The notes under the pieces are model-generated. The model ran no database searches and was not told where the DNA came from. It worked only from the letters and a program-made list of their open reading frames with translations. Both the position numbers and the translations under genes were made by a program. A DNA stretch of 64,000 nt from Dehalococcoidales bacterium (GTDB lineage Bacteria > Chloroflexota > Dehalococcoidia > Dehalococcoidales > UBA2162), in assembly GCA_030690265.1 (NCBI GenBank), contig JAUYHA010000135.1:5737-69736 (forward strand). The letters are read 5' to 3'. Positions 36,351 through 45,017 of the stretch are shown one piece after another. Each line of letters begins with the position of its first letter. Positions within the stretch are counted from its first letter, which is position 1.

Positions 36351-37316
36351 GTGACTCAAGGTAGACATTATATCCTAAATCCCCTTATTCCTAAGCTGGA
36401 TAATCTGCGAGACCTCAGCACCGCAACACATTTATCACCCGGACTACTTTTCAGCCTCGCTAAACATAATAGTTGGTACTATCGGGTTTTTACAATTCCG
36501 AAATCTGCAGGTGGAGCAAGAGAGATTGCTGAACCAGCTAGACCTATGAAAGCAGTCCAATATTGGATCCTGAAGAATATCTTGCAGTATCTACCTCTTC
36601 ATCCAGCAGCGACAGGGTTCCGAAAAGACCAAAATGTCTTGAAAAATGCTCAGGTTCACAAAAACAATAAATACTTTTTATGCTTTGACCTGAATGATTT
36701 CTTCCCTTCAATTAAATATCCTTTCGTATATACCATATTCAATAGCCTCGGATATAATATGCATGTCAGCCATATACTAGCTTCTCTTTGCACATTTAAT
36801 GGTTACTTGCCACAAGGAGGTGTTACATCTCCTACCTTATCCAACCTTTGCTGCGTGAGATTAGACCGTCGAATTAGTGGCTATTGTGGGCTTCGTAATA
36901 TCGCTTATACACGCTACGCAGATGATATGACTTTTTCCTCCATGAATTCAAAGAGACTCGTCGGTCTCTATCAGCGAGCAAAAACTATAGTCGAGGATGA
37001 ACATTTTATCCTTAACGAAGCAAAAACTAGATATATGGGTCCTGCACGTAGGAGGAAAATTACTGGTCTAATTGTCGGTGACGGACAAGCTGGAATTGGA
37101 CGAAAATTAGAGAGAAAATTAAGAGCGTCCATATACAATTTAAGTCAAGCCAAACAATTAGCTGGTATTAGTTGGACTGATGAGCAACTTAAAGGGTGGA
37201 TTTCTTATATACATTCTGTTGACCCGAACCGCCACCAGCGTATGATTAAATATATTCGTGATCTATCTTCTAGGCTGAATTTGCCCATGTTGAAATCAAG
37301 GCTGGGCATTAATTAA
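36351..37316 (+). CDS. retron-type reverse transcriptase
   Basis: 321 aa. Motifs NAQVH (NAxxH), FDLNDFFPSI, LPQGGVTSPTLSN, YTRYADDMTFS (YADD) and RKITGLIVG (VTG-like). GTG start with GGAGG at 36339..36343. Confidence 0.9.
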   Translation: MTQGRHYILNPLIPKLDNLRDLSTATHLSPGLLFSLAKHNSWYYRVFTIPKSAGGAREIAEPARPMKAVQYWILKNILQYLPLHPAATGFRKDQNVLKNAQVHKNNKYFLCFDLNDFFPSIKYPFVYTIFNSLGYNMHVSHILASLCTFNGYLPQGGVTSPTLSNLCCVRLDRRISGYCGLRNIAYTRYADDMTFSSMNSKRLVGLYQRAKTIVEDEHFILNEAKTRYMGPARRRKITGLIVGDGQAGIGRKLERKLRASIYNLSQAKQLAGISWTDEQLKGWISYIHSVDPNRHQRMIKYIRDLSSRLNLPMLKSRLGIN

Positions 37317-37480
37317 TCATGGTATTAAGAAACCTATAATCGAAGCAGCAAAATAAAATTGCGTTTTCGCTTTAGGATGAATGCAATCTGCTAACATTTT
37401 TGCTGACGAACATCCTGCCATTGTTCTAAATTACGAACTCAAAACTCTTTCTAAAGGTTCTACTTTCTATCATAAACGGC

Positions 37481-38320
37481 TCACCAGCGGATGTTTATTT
37501 TTATGCCGCGGCCTTTGTATACTGGCTGTCTTTTCTCTCGGAGAGATTTGCCGGCCTCAGTGCGTTCTTCCTCCAGGACCAAACTGTTTGCCCATTCCTC
37601 ATAGATATATCCTTGCTCCAGGTCTTTGGGCGTAACCTCACCGCAGGCTCTTATCGCTCTCTTTGTGGCGAAGAGCACGCTGGGAGCTATTTGTTTCATC
37701 CTTTCAATCATGGCTTGAGAGTAAGGAATAAGCTCTTCGTGAGGGACAACCCGGTTCACCATGCCAATTCGCAGCATCTCCCGGGCATCAATGAAGTCAT
37801 TGGTATAGGCAAGCTCCAAGGTATGGCTCACCCCGATGAGCTTGGTCAGCCAGTATGAGCAGCCACTCCACGGCGGCGTGCCGCTCCTGGGGAAGAGCAC
37901 AGTGAACCTCGCCTGCTCGGAAGCTATCCTGATATCGCAGGCGGACATGATGTTGATAGCTCCGCCGGCGACAATACCGTTTACGGCGGCGATAATCGGC
38001 TTGTCAAAATAATGCATACGTTCAACCAGGCGGGGAGTTCCTGAAGTCAGCCCCAGAAGAGCCCGTTTCTCTTCTACCCGGTCGGAGTCATGACCTGTCT
38101 TATCACCTGTCCCTTGAAAAAGTCCGGAGCTAAAAGCCCGCCCCGCTCCGGTGAGAATCACCCCCCGCACCTCCGGGTCGGCACTCGCTTCATCTAAAGC
38201 AGCTAGCAGCTCCTCCCTCATCTGGAGACCATAAGCATTCAGTACTTCCGGCTTGTTTAAGGTGATGACCGCAGCTCCGGTGCCGGTATCTTTGTCATAG
38301 AGAATTTGAGTGTAAGTCAC
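37481..38320 (-). CDS. enoyl-CoA hydratase/isomerase (crotonase) family protein
   Basis: ITLNKPEVLNA, GAGRAFSSG, KPIIAAVNGIVAGGA. 279 aa. Confidence 0.85.
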   Translation of the reverse strand: MTYTQILYDKDTGTGAAVITLNKPEVLNAYGLQMREELLAALDEASADPEVRGVILTGAGRAFSSGLFQGTGDKTGHDSDRVEEKRALLGLTSGTPRLVERMHYFDKPIIAAVNGIVAGGAINIMSACDIRIASEQARFTVLFPRSGTPPWSGCSYWLTKLIGVSHTLELAYTNDFIDAREMLRIGMVNRVVPHEELIPYSQAMIERMKQIAPSVLFATKRAIRACGEVTPKDLEQGYIYEEWANSLVLEEERTEAGKSLREKRQPVYKGRGIKINIRW

Positions 38321-38349
38321 CTTCTATCATATACACAAAGCTGTCTAAT

Positions 38350-38497
38350 TGTCATTGCGAGGAGTCCTTCCTTGGAAGGACGACATGGCAATCTATATGA
38401 ATAATCTCAGAGATTGCTTCGCCTCCGCCTTCGGCGGATGGCTCGCAATGACAAAGTGTGATTGCGAGTCCTTATGAGAAGGACTCGCAACGACAGG
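38350..38497. repeat. PAL-A element plus an adjacent satellite hairpin
   Basis: tgtcattgcgag (38350) .. catggcaatct..agattgcttcg .. ctcgcaatgaca (38442..38453). This is followed by ttgcgagtcctt-atgag-aaggactcgcaa. Confidence 0.85.
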
Positions 38498-38511
38498 TTG
38501 AATCACCAGCA

Positions 38512-38796
38512 TTATTTTGGGGCTGGAGATGAAGAAGCAGCTTTATTCAGCTTTTTCATCAGGCGGGATTTGCGCCGGGCGGCATTATTGGCATGTAAAA
38601 TGCCCTTCTTTACCGCCTTATCAAGAGTGCTAACTGCGGCAACAACCTCTTTTTGAGCCGCCTCAAGCTCACCGGAGAAAATAAGCTTTTCCGCCTTGGT
38701 TATTCTGGTTTTACTCTGGGTGCGAACGGGCTTATTGCGAGCTCGCCTTTTTTCCGCCAGACGGGCCTCTTGTATGGCTGATTTGGTAATTGGCAC
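38512..38796 (-). CDS. rpsT: 30S ribosomal protein S20
   Basis: 94-aa basic protein. ITKSAIQEARLAEKRRARNKPVRTQSKT is typical of bS20. Confidence 0.9.
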   Translation of the reverse strand: MPITKSAIQEARLAEKRRARNKPVRTQSKTRITKAEKLIFSGELEAAQKEVVAAVSTLDKAVKKGILHANNAARRKSRLMKKLNKAASSSPAPK

Positions 38797-38882
38797 TATC
38801 TACCTCCCGAAATTTTCTATTGGGCTTTTGCCCTCTTTTAAAAGAGAATGGCTGGGTTAGCGGGGCTTTTTACTAAAGCACT

Positions 38883-41060
38883 TCAAGAACTAACTTCACC
38901 GAGCTCCCTTTCTATCCTCATAGCACTGAGCACACCCGGTATCCTCTCAATTTTATCCAGTAGCCGGTTTAGCTGTACCAGGTTTGCCGTCTCTAAAGTA
39001 ATGAAAATTGATACGCTCCCGTCATCATTATTGGTCAGGCTTACAGCAACAATGTTTATCTTTTCCTCGGCAACAAGGATGGTAATATCACGCATCAGCC
39101 CTACCCTGTCCCAGGCTTGAACCTGAATCGGGACCGGATACAGCGAGCTTCTCTCCCCCCACTCCACCGAAATTAACCTTTCCCTCTCATCTTCATTGAC
39201 CACATTATAACAGTCCTGGCGGTGCACCGTTACGCCCCGGGTGCGAGTAATATAGCCGATAATACTATCTCCCGGCAACGGGTGACAGCATTGGGCCAGA
39301 TGGGTGAGCAAGTCTCCTACTCCCTCTACCTTAACTGCCGAAATATTTTCCTTCGGCGGTGCCACTTCAACTAGCCGGGGCTGTTGCTGCTGGGCGGCAA
39401 ATTTCACCACAATCTGATGGGTAGTAATATCGCCACAACCAATGGCGCCATAGAAATCAGCCAGGCTAGCATACTGGAACAGCCTGGCTAACTTCTCCCG
39501 CTCCATAGACGCCACGCCCAGTTGCCTCATCGTTTTCTCCAGAAGCTCCCGGCCGCGCTCAATATTTTCCGTCCGTTCCTGCTTTTTGAACCACTGCCTT
39601 ATCTTTACTTTAGCGTGAGATGTTTTCACAAAACCCAGGGCAGGGTTAAGCCAGTCCCGGCTCGGTCCCCTTCCCCCCTTAACAGACATAATTTCAATGA
39701 CATCCCCGTTCTTAAGGTGATAGCTAAGAGGAACCAGGCGACCGTTTACTTTTGCCCCGCTGCAGTTATGTCCCAGATCAGTATGAACATGATAGGCGAA
39801 ATCAAGAGGGGTGGAGCCGATGGGCAAATCCTTTATCTCCCCCTTGGGCGTAAAAACAAAAACCTGGTCATTGAAGATATCGGTCTTCACTGATTCCAGG
39901 AATTCTTCGGCACCGCTCAGTTCCCGATGCCAATCGATTAACTGGCGCAACCAGCCTACCCTTTCCTCCAGGTTAATGTCCTGCTTACCGCCTTCTTTAT
40001 AGCGCCAGTGTGAAGCTACGCCGAACTCGGCAACCCGATGCATCTGATAGGTGCGAATCTGTATCTCTAAAGGAGTTACACCCTGATACATCACCGTGGT
40101 ATGTAAAGATTGATAACCGTTAGATTTGGGATTAGCAATAAAGTCATTAAACTGGGCAAGTATGGGGTGCCACAAATTATGAATCACCCCCAGAGCGGTA
40201 TAACAATCAGAGAGGCTATTAACCAGGACCCTGAGGGCAAAAAGGTCATAGATATCGTTAAAGTCTTTGCCTTGAGCAGCGTATTTTTCCATTTTCTGGT
40301 GAATGCTATAGATATGCTTGGGCCTGCCCAGTATCTCGGCATTTAGACCTACCCGCTCAAACTCCCGCTTCAGCTCCGGGATTACCTGTTTGATAAAGTC
40401 CTCACGCCGGAGGTGCTGACCAGCCACCAGCTGGACAACCTGGTGATATTTTCTTGGCTGCAGATAGCGAAAGGAGAGGTCCTCTAATTGCCATTTAAGT
40501 TCCCATATTCCCAGGCGGTGAGCCAGTGGTGCGTAAACCTCAGCGGTCTCCTGAGCAATAGTATGTCGTTTTTCTGGAGGTAGAGCATCTAAGGTTTGCA
40601 TATTATGTAATCGGTCAGCCAGCTTAATAAATACCACCCGCAGGTCTTCAGCCATCGCCACCAGCATTTTTCTCAGGTTCTCCACCTGCTCTCCCCGTGC
40701 TGCGATACTGCCCCGCTGTTTTGCTTCTATCGGCCCTCGTAAGGGAACCTTACCCAGCTTGGTAGTGCCGTCCACCAGCCTGGCTACCTCCGAACCAAAG
40801 CTAGCTTCAATCTCCGCAACAGGTATGCCACAGTTCTCGGGCACATCATGGAGCAACGCCGCAACCAGGGAGCCGGTATCAAGTTGAAGCTCAGCCAGAG
40901 TCAAAGCAACCTGTAACGGGTGCTCCAGGTAAGGTTCGCCTGACTTACGCATCTGACCCTCATGTGCCTTGCTGGCATAGCTGTAGGCATCTTCAACTAA
41001 AGCTATTTTTTCCAGGGGAAGATACCCCTGGACTTTCTCTCTCAATTGACTGAAAGCCAC
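38883..41060 (-). CDS. rel: bifunctional (p)ppGpp synthetase/hydrolase (RelA/SpoT homolog)
   Basis: HD hydrolase (HPLQVALTL..LHDVPE), synthetase block (YQSLHTTV), TGS domain and C-terminal ACT domain. The in-frame GTG at 41060 (VAFSQLREKV) is preferred. The ORF-track start at 41294 would overlap the divergent flavoprotein gene. Confidence 0.9.
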   Translation of the reverse strand: MAFSQLREKVQGYLPLEKIALVEDAYSYASKAHEGQMRKSGEPYLEHPLQVALTLAELQLDTGSLVAALLHDVPENCGIPVAEIEASFGSEVARLVDGTTKLGKVPLRGPIEAKQRGSIAARGEQVENLRKMLVAMAEDLRVVFIKLADRLHNMQTLDALPPEKRHTIAQETAEVYAPLAHRLGIWELKWQLEDLSFRYLQPRKYHQVVQLVAGQHLRREDFIKQVIPELKREFERVGLNAEILGRPKHIYSIHQKMEKYAAQGKDFNDIYDLFALRVLVNSLSDCYTALGVIHNLWHPILAQFNDFIANPKSNGYQSLHTTVMYQGVTPLEIQIRTYQMHRVAEFGVASHWRYKEGGKQDINLEERVGWLRQLIDWHRELSGAEEFLESVKTDIFNDQVFVFTPKGEIKDLPIGSTPLDFAYHVHTDLGHNCSGAKVNGRLVPLSYHLKNGDVIEIMSVKGGRGPSRDWLNPALGFVKTSHAKVKIRQWFKKQERTENIERGRELLEKTMRQLGVASMEREKLARLFQYASLADFYGAIGCGDITTHQIVVKFAAQQQQPRLVEVAPPKENISAVKVEGVGDLLTHLAQCCHPLPGDSIIGYITRTRGVTVHRQDCYNVVNEDERERLISVEWGERSSLYPVPIQVQAWDRVGLMRDITILVAEEKINIVAVSLTNNDDGSVSIFITLETANLVQLNRLLDKIERIPGVLSAMRIERELGEVSS

Positions 41061-41184
41061 GACTGACCTGCCTCTAATCAGGGATGAGTATAGTATAGCC
41101 CAAGATAATAGCAGTGTAAAATCTGGCGGTTTGCCTCTGGCTGTGATAAGCGTTAAACTATAAGACAAATAAAGGGGTAAGAAG

Positions 41185-41754
41185 ATGAAGGTTCTTGGTA
41201 TAGCGGGTAGTCCGCGGCGGGATGGTAACACAGATATACTGCTGGCTGAACTGATGAGAGGTGCCGCCAGCAAAGGGGCTGAGGTTAAGACCATCGTCCT
41301 GGCTGACCTGAAAATTTCTCCCTGCGAGCACTGCGATAACTGCCTTAAAACGGGAGAATGTAAGATTCAGGATGATATGCAGACTATCTATCAGGAATTC
41401 GAGCGGGCAGATGTAGTTGTGCTGGCTTCTCCTATCCAGTTTAGCGGGATAACCGCCCCGATGAAGGCGATGATTGACCGTTTCCAGTCACGGTGGGCGA
41501 GAAAATACGTGCTGAAAAAACCGCCCCTGGGTGACGAGCGGCCACGAAAGGGGTTCTTTGTTTCCGTAGGGGGCAGGAAAAATGCAAATTTTGAGCCGTC
41601 TCTGGTAATGATAAAAACCATCTTCGCGGTCCTGAATATCAGCTATACCGGCGAGTTGCTCTTTTTTAAAATCGACAAAAAAGGGGCTATAGCCAAACAT
41701 CCTGACGCCCTGCGCCAGGCTTTTCTCGCCGGACAAAAGCTGGTGGAAAGCTGA
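41185..41754 (+). CDS. flavodoxin-like NAD(P)H-dependent FMN reductase / iron-sulfur flavoprotein family
   Basis: MKVLGIAGSPRRDGNT, a Cys cluster CEHCDNCLKTGEC, and VLASPIQFSGITAPMKAMIDR. Confidence 0.75.
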   Translation: MKVLGIAGSPRRDGNTDILLAELMRGAASKGAEVKTIVLADLKISPCEHCDNCLKTGECKIQDDMQTIYQEFERADVVVLASPIQFSGITAPMKAMIDRFQSRWARKYVLKKPPLGDERPRKGFFVSVGGRKNANFEPSLVMIKTIFAVLNISYTGELLFFKIDKKGAIAKHPDALRQAFLAGQKLVES

Positions 41755-41870
41755 CCGCAGGTATGGCAAGCACAAATTCTTTTATCTCTTGTAGTATAAT
41801 TGATAAAGCTGTTGAACCGGTCTTTTACAACCGGGCAACGAAACAAAAACTCAGGAAGGAGAATTACTAG

Positions 41871-42668
41871 ATGGAATGGGGAATGGCAAATCGCCTGGCA
41901 CAGTTAATTCAGCCGGATGGGCACGCTTTATTCCTGCCGGTAGACCACGGCTACTTTCAGGGTCCCACCAGAAAACTGGAGGAGCCGGGCAAAACTGTTA
42001 AGCCGCTGCTGCCTTACGCCGATGCTCTTTTCATTACTCGTGGCGTGTTACGTTCTTCGATAGACCCGGCTAAAACCAAGCCGGTTATTCTCAGGGTATC
42101 CGGAGGCTCCAGCGTAGTGGGTAAAGACCTTGCCAATGAAGGAATTACCACCTCTATGGAAGAAGCCATCCGCCTTAATGTTTCGGCGGTAGGCATCTCC
42201 ATCTTTGTCGGTACCGACTATGAGAAAGAGTCGCTCTTAAACCTGGCAAAGCTGGTTGACGAGGGTGAAAGGTACGGCATACCGGTAATGGCGGTTACCG
42301 CAGTGGGTAGAGAGCTGGAGAAGCGGGATGCCCGCTATCTTGCCCTGGCTTCCCGCATCGCCGCCGAACTGGGGGCGCGGGTGGTGAAGACCTACTGGTG
42401 TGAGAACTTTGAGAAAGTCAGCCAGGGCTGCCCGGTGCCGGTGGTGATGGCCGGGGGACCCCGGGTGGATACCGAGCTTGAGGTCTTTGAATTCGTCTAT
42501 GACGGCATGCAGAAGGGGGCAATCGGGGTGAACCTGGGGCGGAACATCTGGCAGAACGACTTTCCGGTTGCTATGATTAAAGCGCTGCGTGCTATTATTC
42601 ACCAAAAAGCAACCCCGAAAGAAGCTCATGAGATATTTAGCAATGCTAAAAATAGCAAAGGGTCATAG
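41871..42668 (+). CDS. class I aldolase of the DhnA/FbaB/LsrF family
   Basis: LFLPVDHGYFQGP, a Schiff-base Lys region RVVKTYW, and GGPRV..GAIGVNLGRNIWQ. Confidence 0.7.
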   Translation: MEWGMANRLAQLIQPDGHALFLPVDHGYFQGPTRKLEEPGKTVKPLLPYADALFITRGVLRSSIDPAKTKPVILRVSGGSSVVGKDLANEGITTSMEEAIRLNVSAVGISIFVGTDYEKESLLNLAKLVDEGERYGIPVMAVTAVGRELEKRDARYLALASRIAAELGARVVKTYWCENFEKVSQGCPVPVVMAGGPRVDTELEVFEFVYDGMQKGAIGVNLGRNIWQNDFPVAMIKALRAIIHQKATPKEAHEIFSNAKNSKGS

Positions 42669-42829
42669 CCTATATTCTGAATCTATCATGCTTATTTACA
42701 AAGGCACCACAAAGTATGAAAATATGACTACCCTCTGGATTCCGGCTTCCGCCGGAATGAGAAATTGTCTATTTTCGTAGCAAGTGATATGCCTGCCTCT
42801 AAAAACCTGGGTAAACGGACATAGAATAA

Positions 42830-43726
42830 ATGATTGAAGCGTTGCTTATCGCCGGGATTGTCCTGCTGATTGTGCTGACAGTGGTGCTGATTTTCCTGGT
42901 TCTCAGGAGCAAGGGAGTCCAGCCGCAGGATATTGAAACGGCATTATCAGGTACCTGGACGAAGCTCGGTTTAGACCGTGCCATAGGAGCTGTCGAAACC
43001 CACGCTAAAGATATCAGGGATAGCTACCGCTCTTTTGAGCAGATGCTACGGGTGCCGACAGACAGGGCATCATTTGGCGAGCTCTCTTTAGAAACAATAC
43101 TCTCGGACCAGCTCCCGCCCGATATGTGCCACATCAGGGAAAGAATCCTTGATGGCAAGACTCCAGACGCTCATATCAGGTCGACGGTAGGCATTATCTG
43201 TATTGATTCTAAGTTCCCACTGGATAACTATAGAAACATGCTGAAGGCGGAAAACCCGGCAGAAAGAGAGAGGTTCAGGAGGAAATTCCTGAAACAGGAT
43301 GTCCAGAACCACCTGAACAAGATAAGTGATGACTATGTCTGTCCGGAGAAAGGCTCTGCCGAGTTTGCCTTTGCCTATATCCCGTCTGAGGCTGTTTACT
43401 ATTTCCTGGTGAGTGATGATGAAGCCTTTGAAATGCTCCGGGATTATACCAAAAGGGGAGTCCAGGTGGTATCGCCACTCACTCTTTCCCATAAAGTCGA
43501 GCTGATAAAAGCTGGAGTTCATGCTAAGAAACTCTCGGAAGATGCGGAAAAGGTCAGGAAGCAACTCATCAGCATTTCACAGCGATTCGGCGACATCGAC
43601 GAGAAGTGGCGCGTCTTTTATCACACTCATCTGAGAAATATGGGCAGCAAAGCAGAGGAACTGGACGAAGCCTACAAGAAATTGAGAGATGAGTTTGACA
43701 GAATTTCAAAACTGTCCGAGGAATGA
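42830..43726 (+). CDS. rmuC: DNA recombination protein RmuC
   Basis: N-terminal TM helix, then TPDAHIRSTVGIICIDSKFPLDNY and AFAYIPSEAVYY blocks characteristic of RmuC. Confidence 0.75.
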   Translation: MIEALLIAGIVLLIVLTVVLIFLVLRSKGVQPQDIETALSGTWTKLGLDRAIGAVETHAKDIRDSYRSFEQMLRVPTDRASFGELSLETILSDQLPPDMCHIRERILDGKTPDAHIRSTVGIICIDSKFPLDNYRNMLKAENPAERERFRRKFLKQDVQNHLNKISDDYVCPEKGSAEFAFAYIPSEAVYYFLVSDDEAFEMLRDYTKRGVQVVSPLTLSHKVELIKAGVHAKKLSEDAEKVRKQLISISQRFGDIDEKWRVFYHTHLRNMGSKAEELDEAYKKLRDEFDRISKLSEE

Positions 43727-43740
43727 CCGGTAGGAATAAA

Positions 43741-44766
43741 ATGCGTGTTGCCAGGTGGTATAGCAACCAGGATGTGCGAGTAGAGGAGATGCCTGTCCCT
43801 AAAATCGGCTCTGGCGAGCTACTGGTAAGGGTGGAGGCTTGTGGTATCTGCGGTAGCGATGTTATGGAGTGGTACCGCCTTGACCGGGCTCCCCTGGTGC
43901 TGGGCCATGAGATTGGCGGGCAGATTGTGCAGGTGGGAGAAGGAGTGGAGGGCTACCGTGAAGGAGACAGAATATCAGCGGCCCATCATATCCCCTGCAA
44001 TACCTGCCACTACTGTCTCAGTGGTCATTACACTGTTTGCGATACCCTCCGCAAAACTAACTTTGACCCCGGGGGCATGGCGGAATATATCCGCTTGCCG
44101 GCAATCAATGTTGACCGCGGGGTATTTCTCTTACCCGATGAAGTATCCTACGAAGAAGCGACATTCATTGAGCCGCTTGCCTGCGTACTGCGTGGACTGA
44201 AGGCAAATCTGCAAACAGGAAGCACCGTCCTCATTATTGGCAGCGGTATTGCCGGACTGCTTTATGTGTCTCTTGCCCGTGCTTTAGGAGCTGGCAGGGT
44301 AATAGCCACAGACATCAATGATTACCGTCTGGAAGCGGCTAAACGCTTCGGGGCTGAAGCCGCCATCCGTGCCGAAGAGGACTTTCCCGCCCGTTTGCGC
44401 CAGCTCAATAAAAACCGCCTGGCTGACCTGATAGTAGTCTGCACCGGTGCCCTATCGGCTCTTAATCAGGCCCTGGCATCTGTGGAGAGGGGCGGCACCA
44501 TTCTTTTCTTTGCCCCGACAGAGCCCGAACTTACCCTTCCCATTTCAATAAATGAGCTTTTCTGGCGCAACGATATTACCCTGACCACCTCTTACGCCGG
44601 CAGCCCCGCTGATTATCAGACAGCCCTGGAGCTAATCCGGGCTGGCACTCTTCCGATAGACCGGATGATTACTCACCGTCTGGCTCTGGCAGAGACTGGC
44701 TTAGGTTTTCAACTCGTCGCCAAAGCTCAAAATTCCATCAAGGTAATCATTGAGCCACAGAGGTAA
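43741..44766 (+). CDS. zinc-dependent alcohol/polyol dehydrogenase (MDR family)
   Basis: CGICGSDV..GHE catalytic zinc site, structural zinc Cys cluster CNTCHYCLSGHYTVC, and GSGIAG Rossmann fold. An alternative ATG at 43723 overlaps the rmuC stop. Confidence 0.85.
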   Translation: MRVARWYSNQDVRVEEMPVPKIGSGELLVRVEACGICGSDVMEWYRLDRAPLVLGHEIGGQIVQVGEGVEGYREGDRISAAHHIPCNTCHYCLSGHYTVCDTLRKTNFDPGGMAEYIRLPAINVDRGVFLLPDEVSYEEATFIEPLACVLRGLKANLQTGSTVLIIGSGIAGLLYVSLARALGAGRVIATDINDYRLEAAKRFGAEAAIRAEEDFPARLRQLNKNRLADLIVVCTGALSALNQALASVERGGTILFFAPTEPELTLPISINELFWRNDITLTTSYAGSPADYQTALELIRAGTLPIDRMITHRLALAETGLGFQLVAKAQNSIKVIIEPQR

Positions 44767-44816
44767 TTAAAGCACCGCTTCCTCAAAATTTGTCCCTTTT
44801 TCTATGCTTCCAACTC

Positions 44817-44993
44817 TTGACAAATTACCCTTAATGCTTTATACTCAACATCTAAGTTAGCTCAACCGGTAGCGGTGAGCTTTCCCTAAAGGACTTTTAA
44901 AACTGAGTCGCTTGGATCCGGAACGACCGAGACGGCAAAAATAGCTGGATTTTTAATAGCCTTCTCGGCATCCGGGAAGGCTTTCTTATTATT
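44817..44993 (+). promoter_or_regulatory. promoter plus structured leader with an intrinsic-terminator-like hairpin upstream of the pantothenate operon (candidate attenuator/riboswitch)
   Basis: TTGACA 44817..44822, a 17-nt spacer, then TATACT 44840..44845. Hairpin agctca..tgagct at 44859..44881. An 11-bp stem agccttctcgg-cat-ccgggaaggct at 44958..44982 is followed by ttcttattatt. Confidence 0.55.
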
Positions 44994-45017
44994 AAATTTG
45001 CCTCAGGGGGAAATGAG

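Noticed and set aside
41061-41294. 78-residue N-terminal extension of the RelA/SpoT ORF (ORF-track start 41294)
   Set aside because: The extension is hydrophobic, low-complexity and non-Rel-like, and it would overlap the divergent flavoprotein gene starting at 41185. The in-frame GTG at 41060 gives a standard-length Rel protein of about 725 aa.
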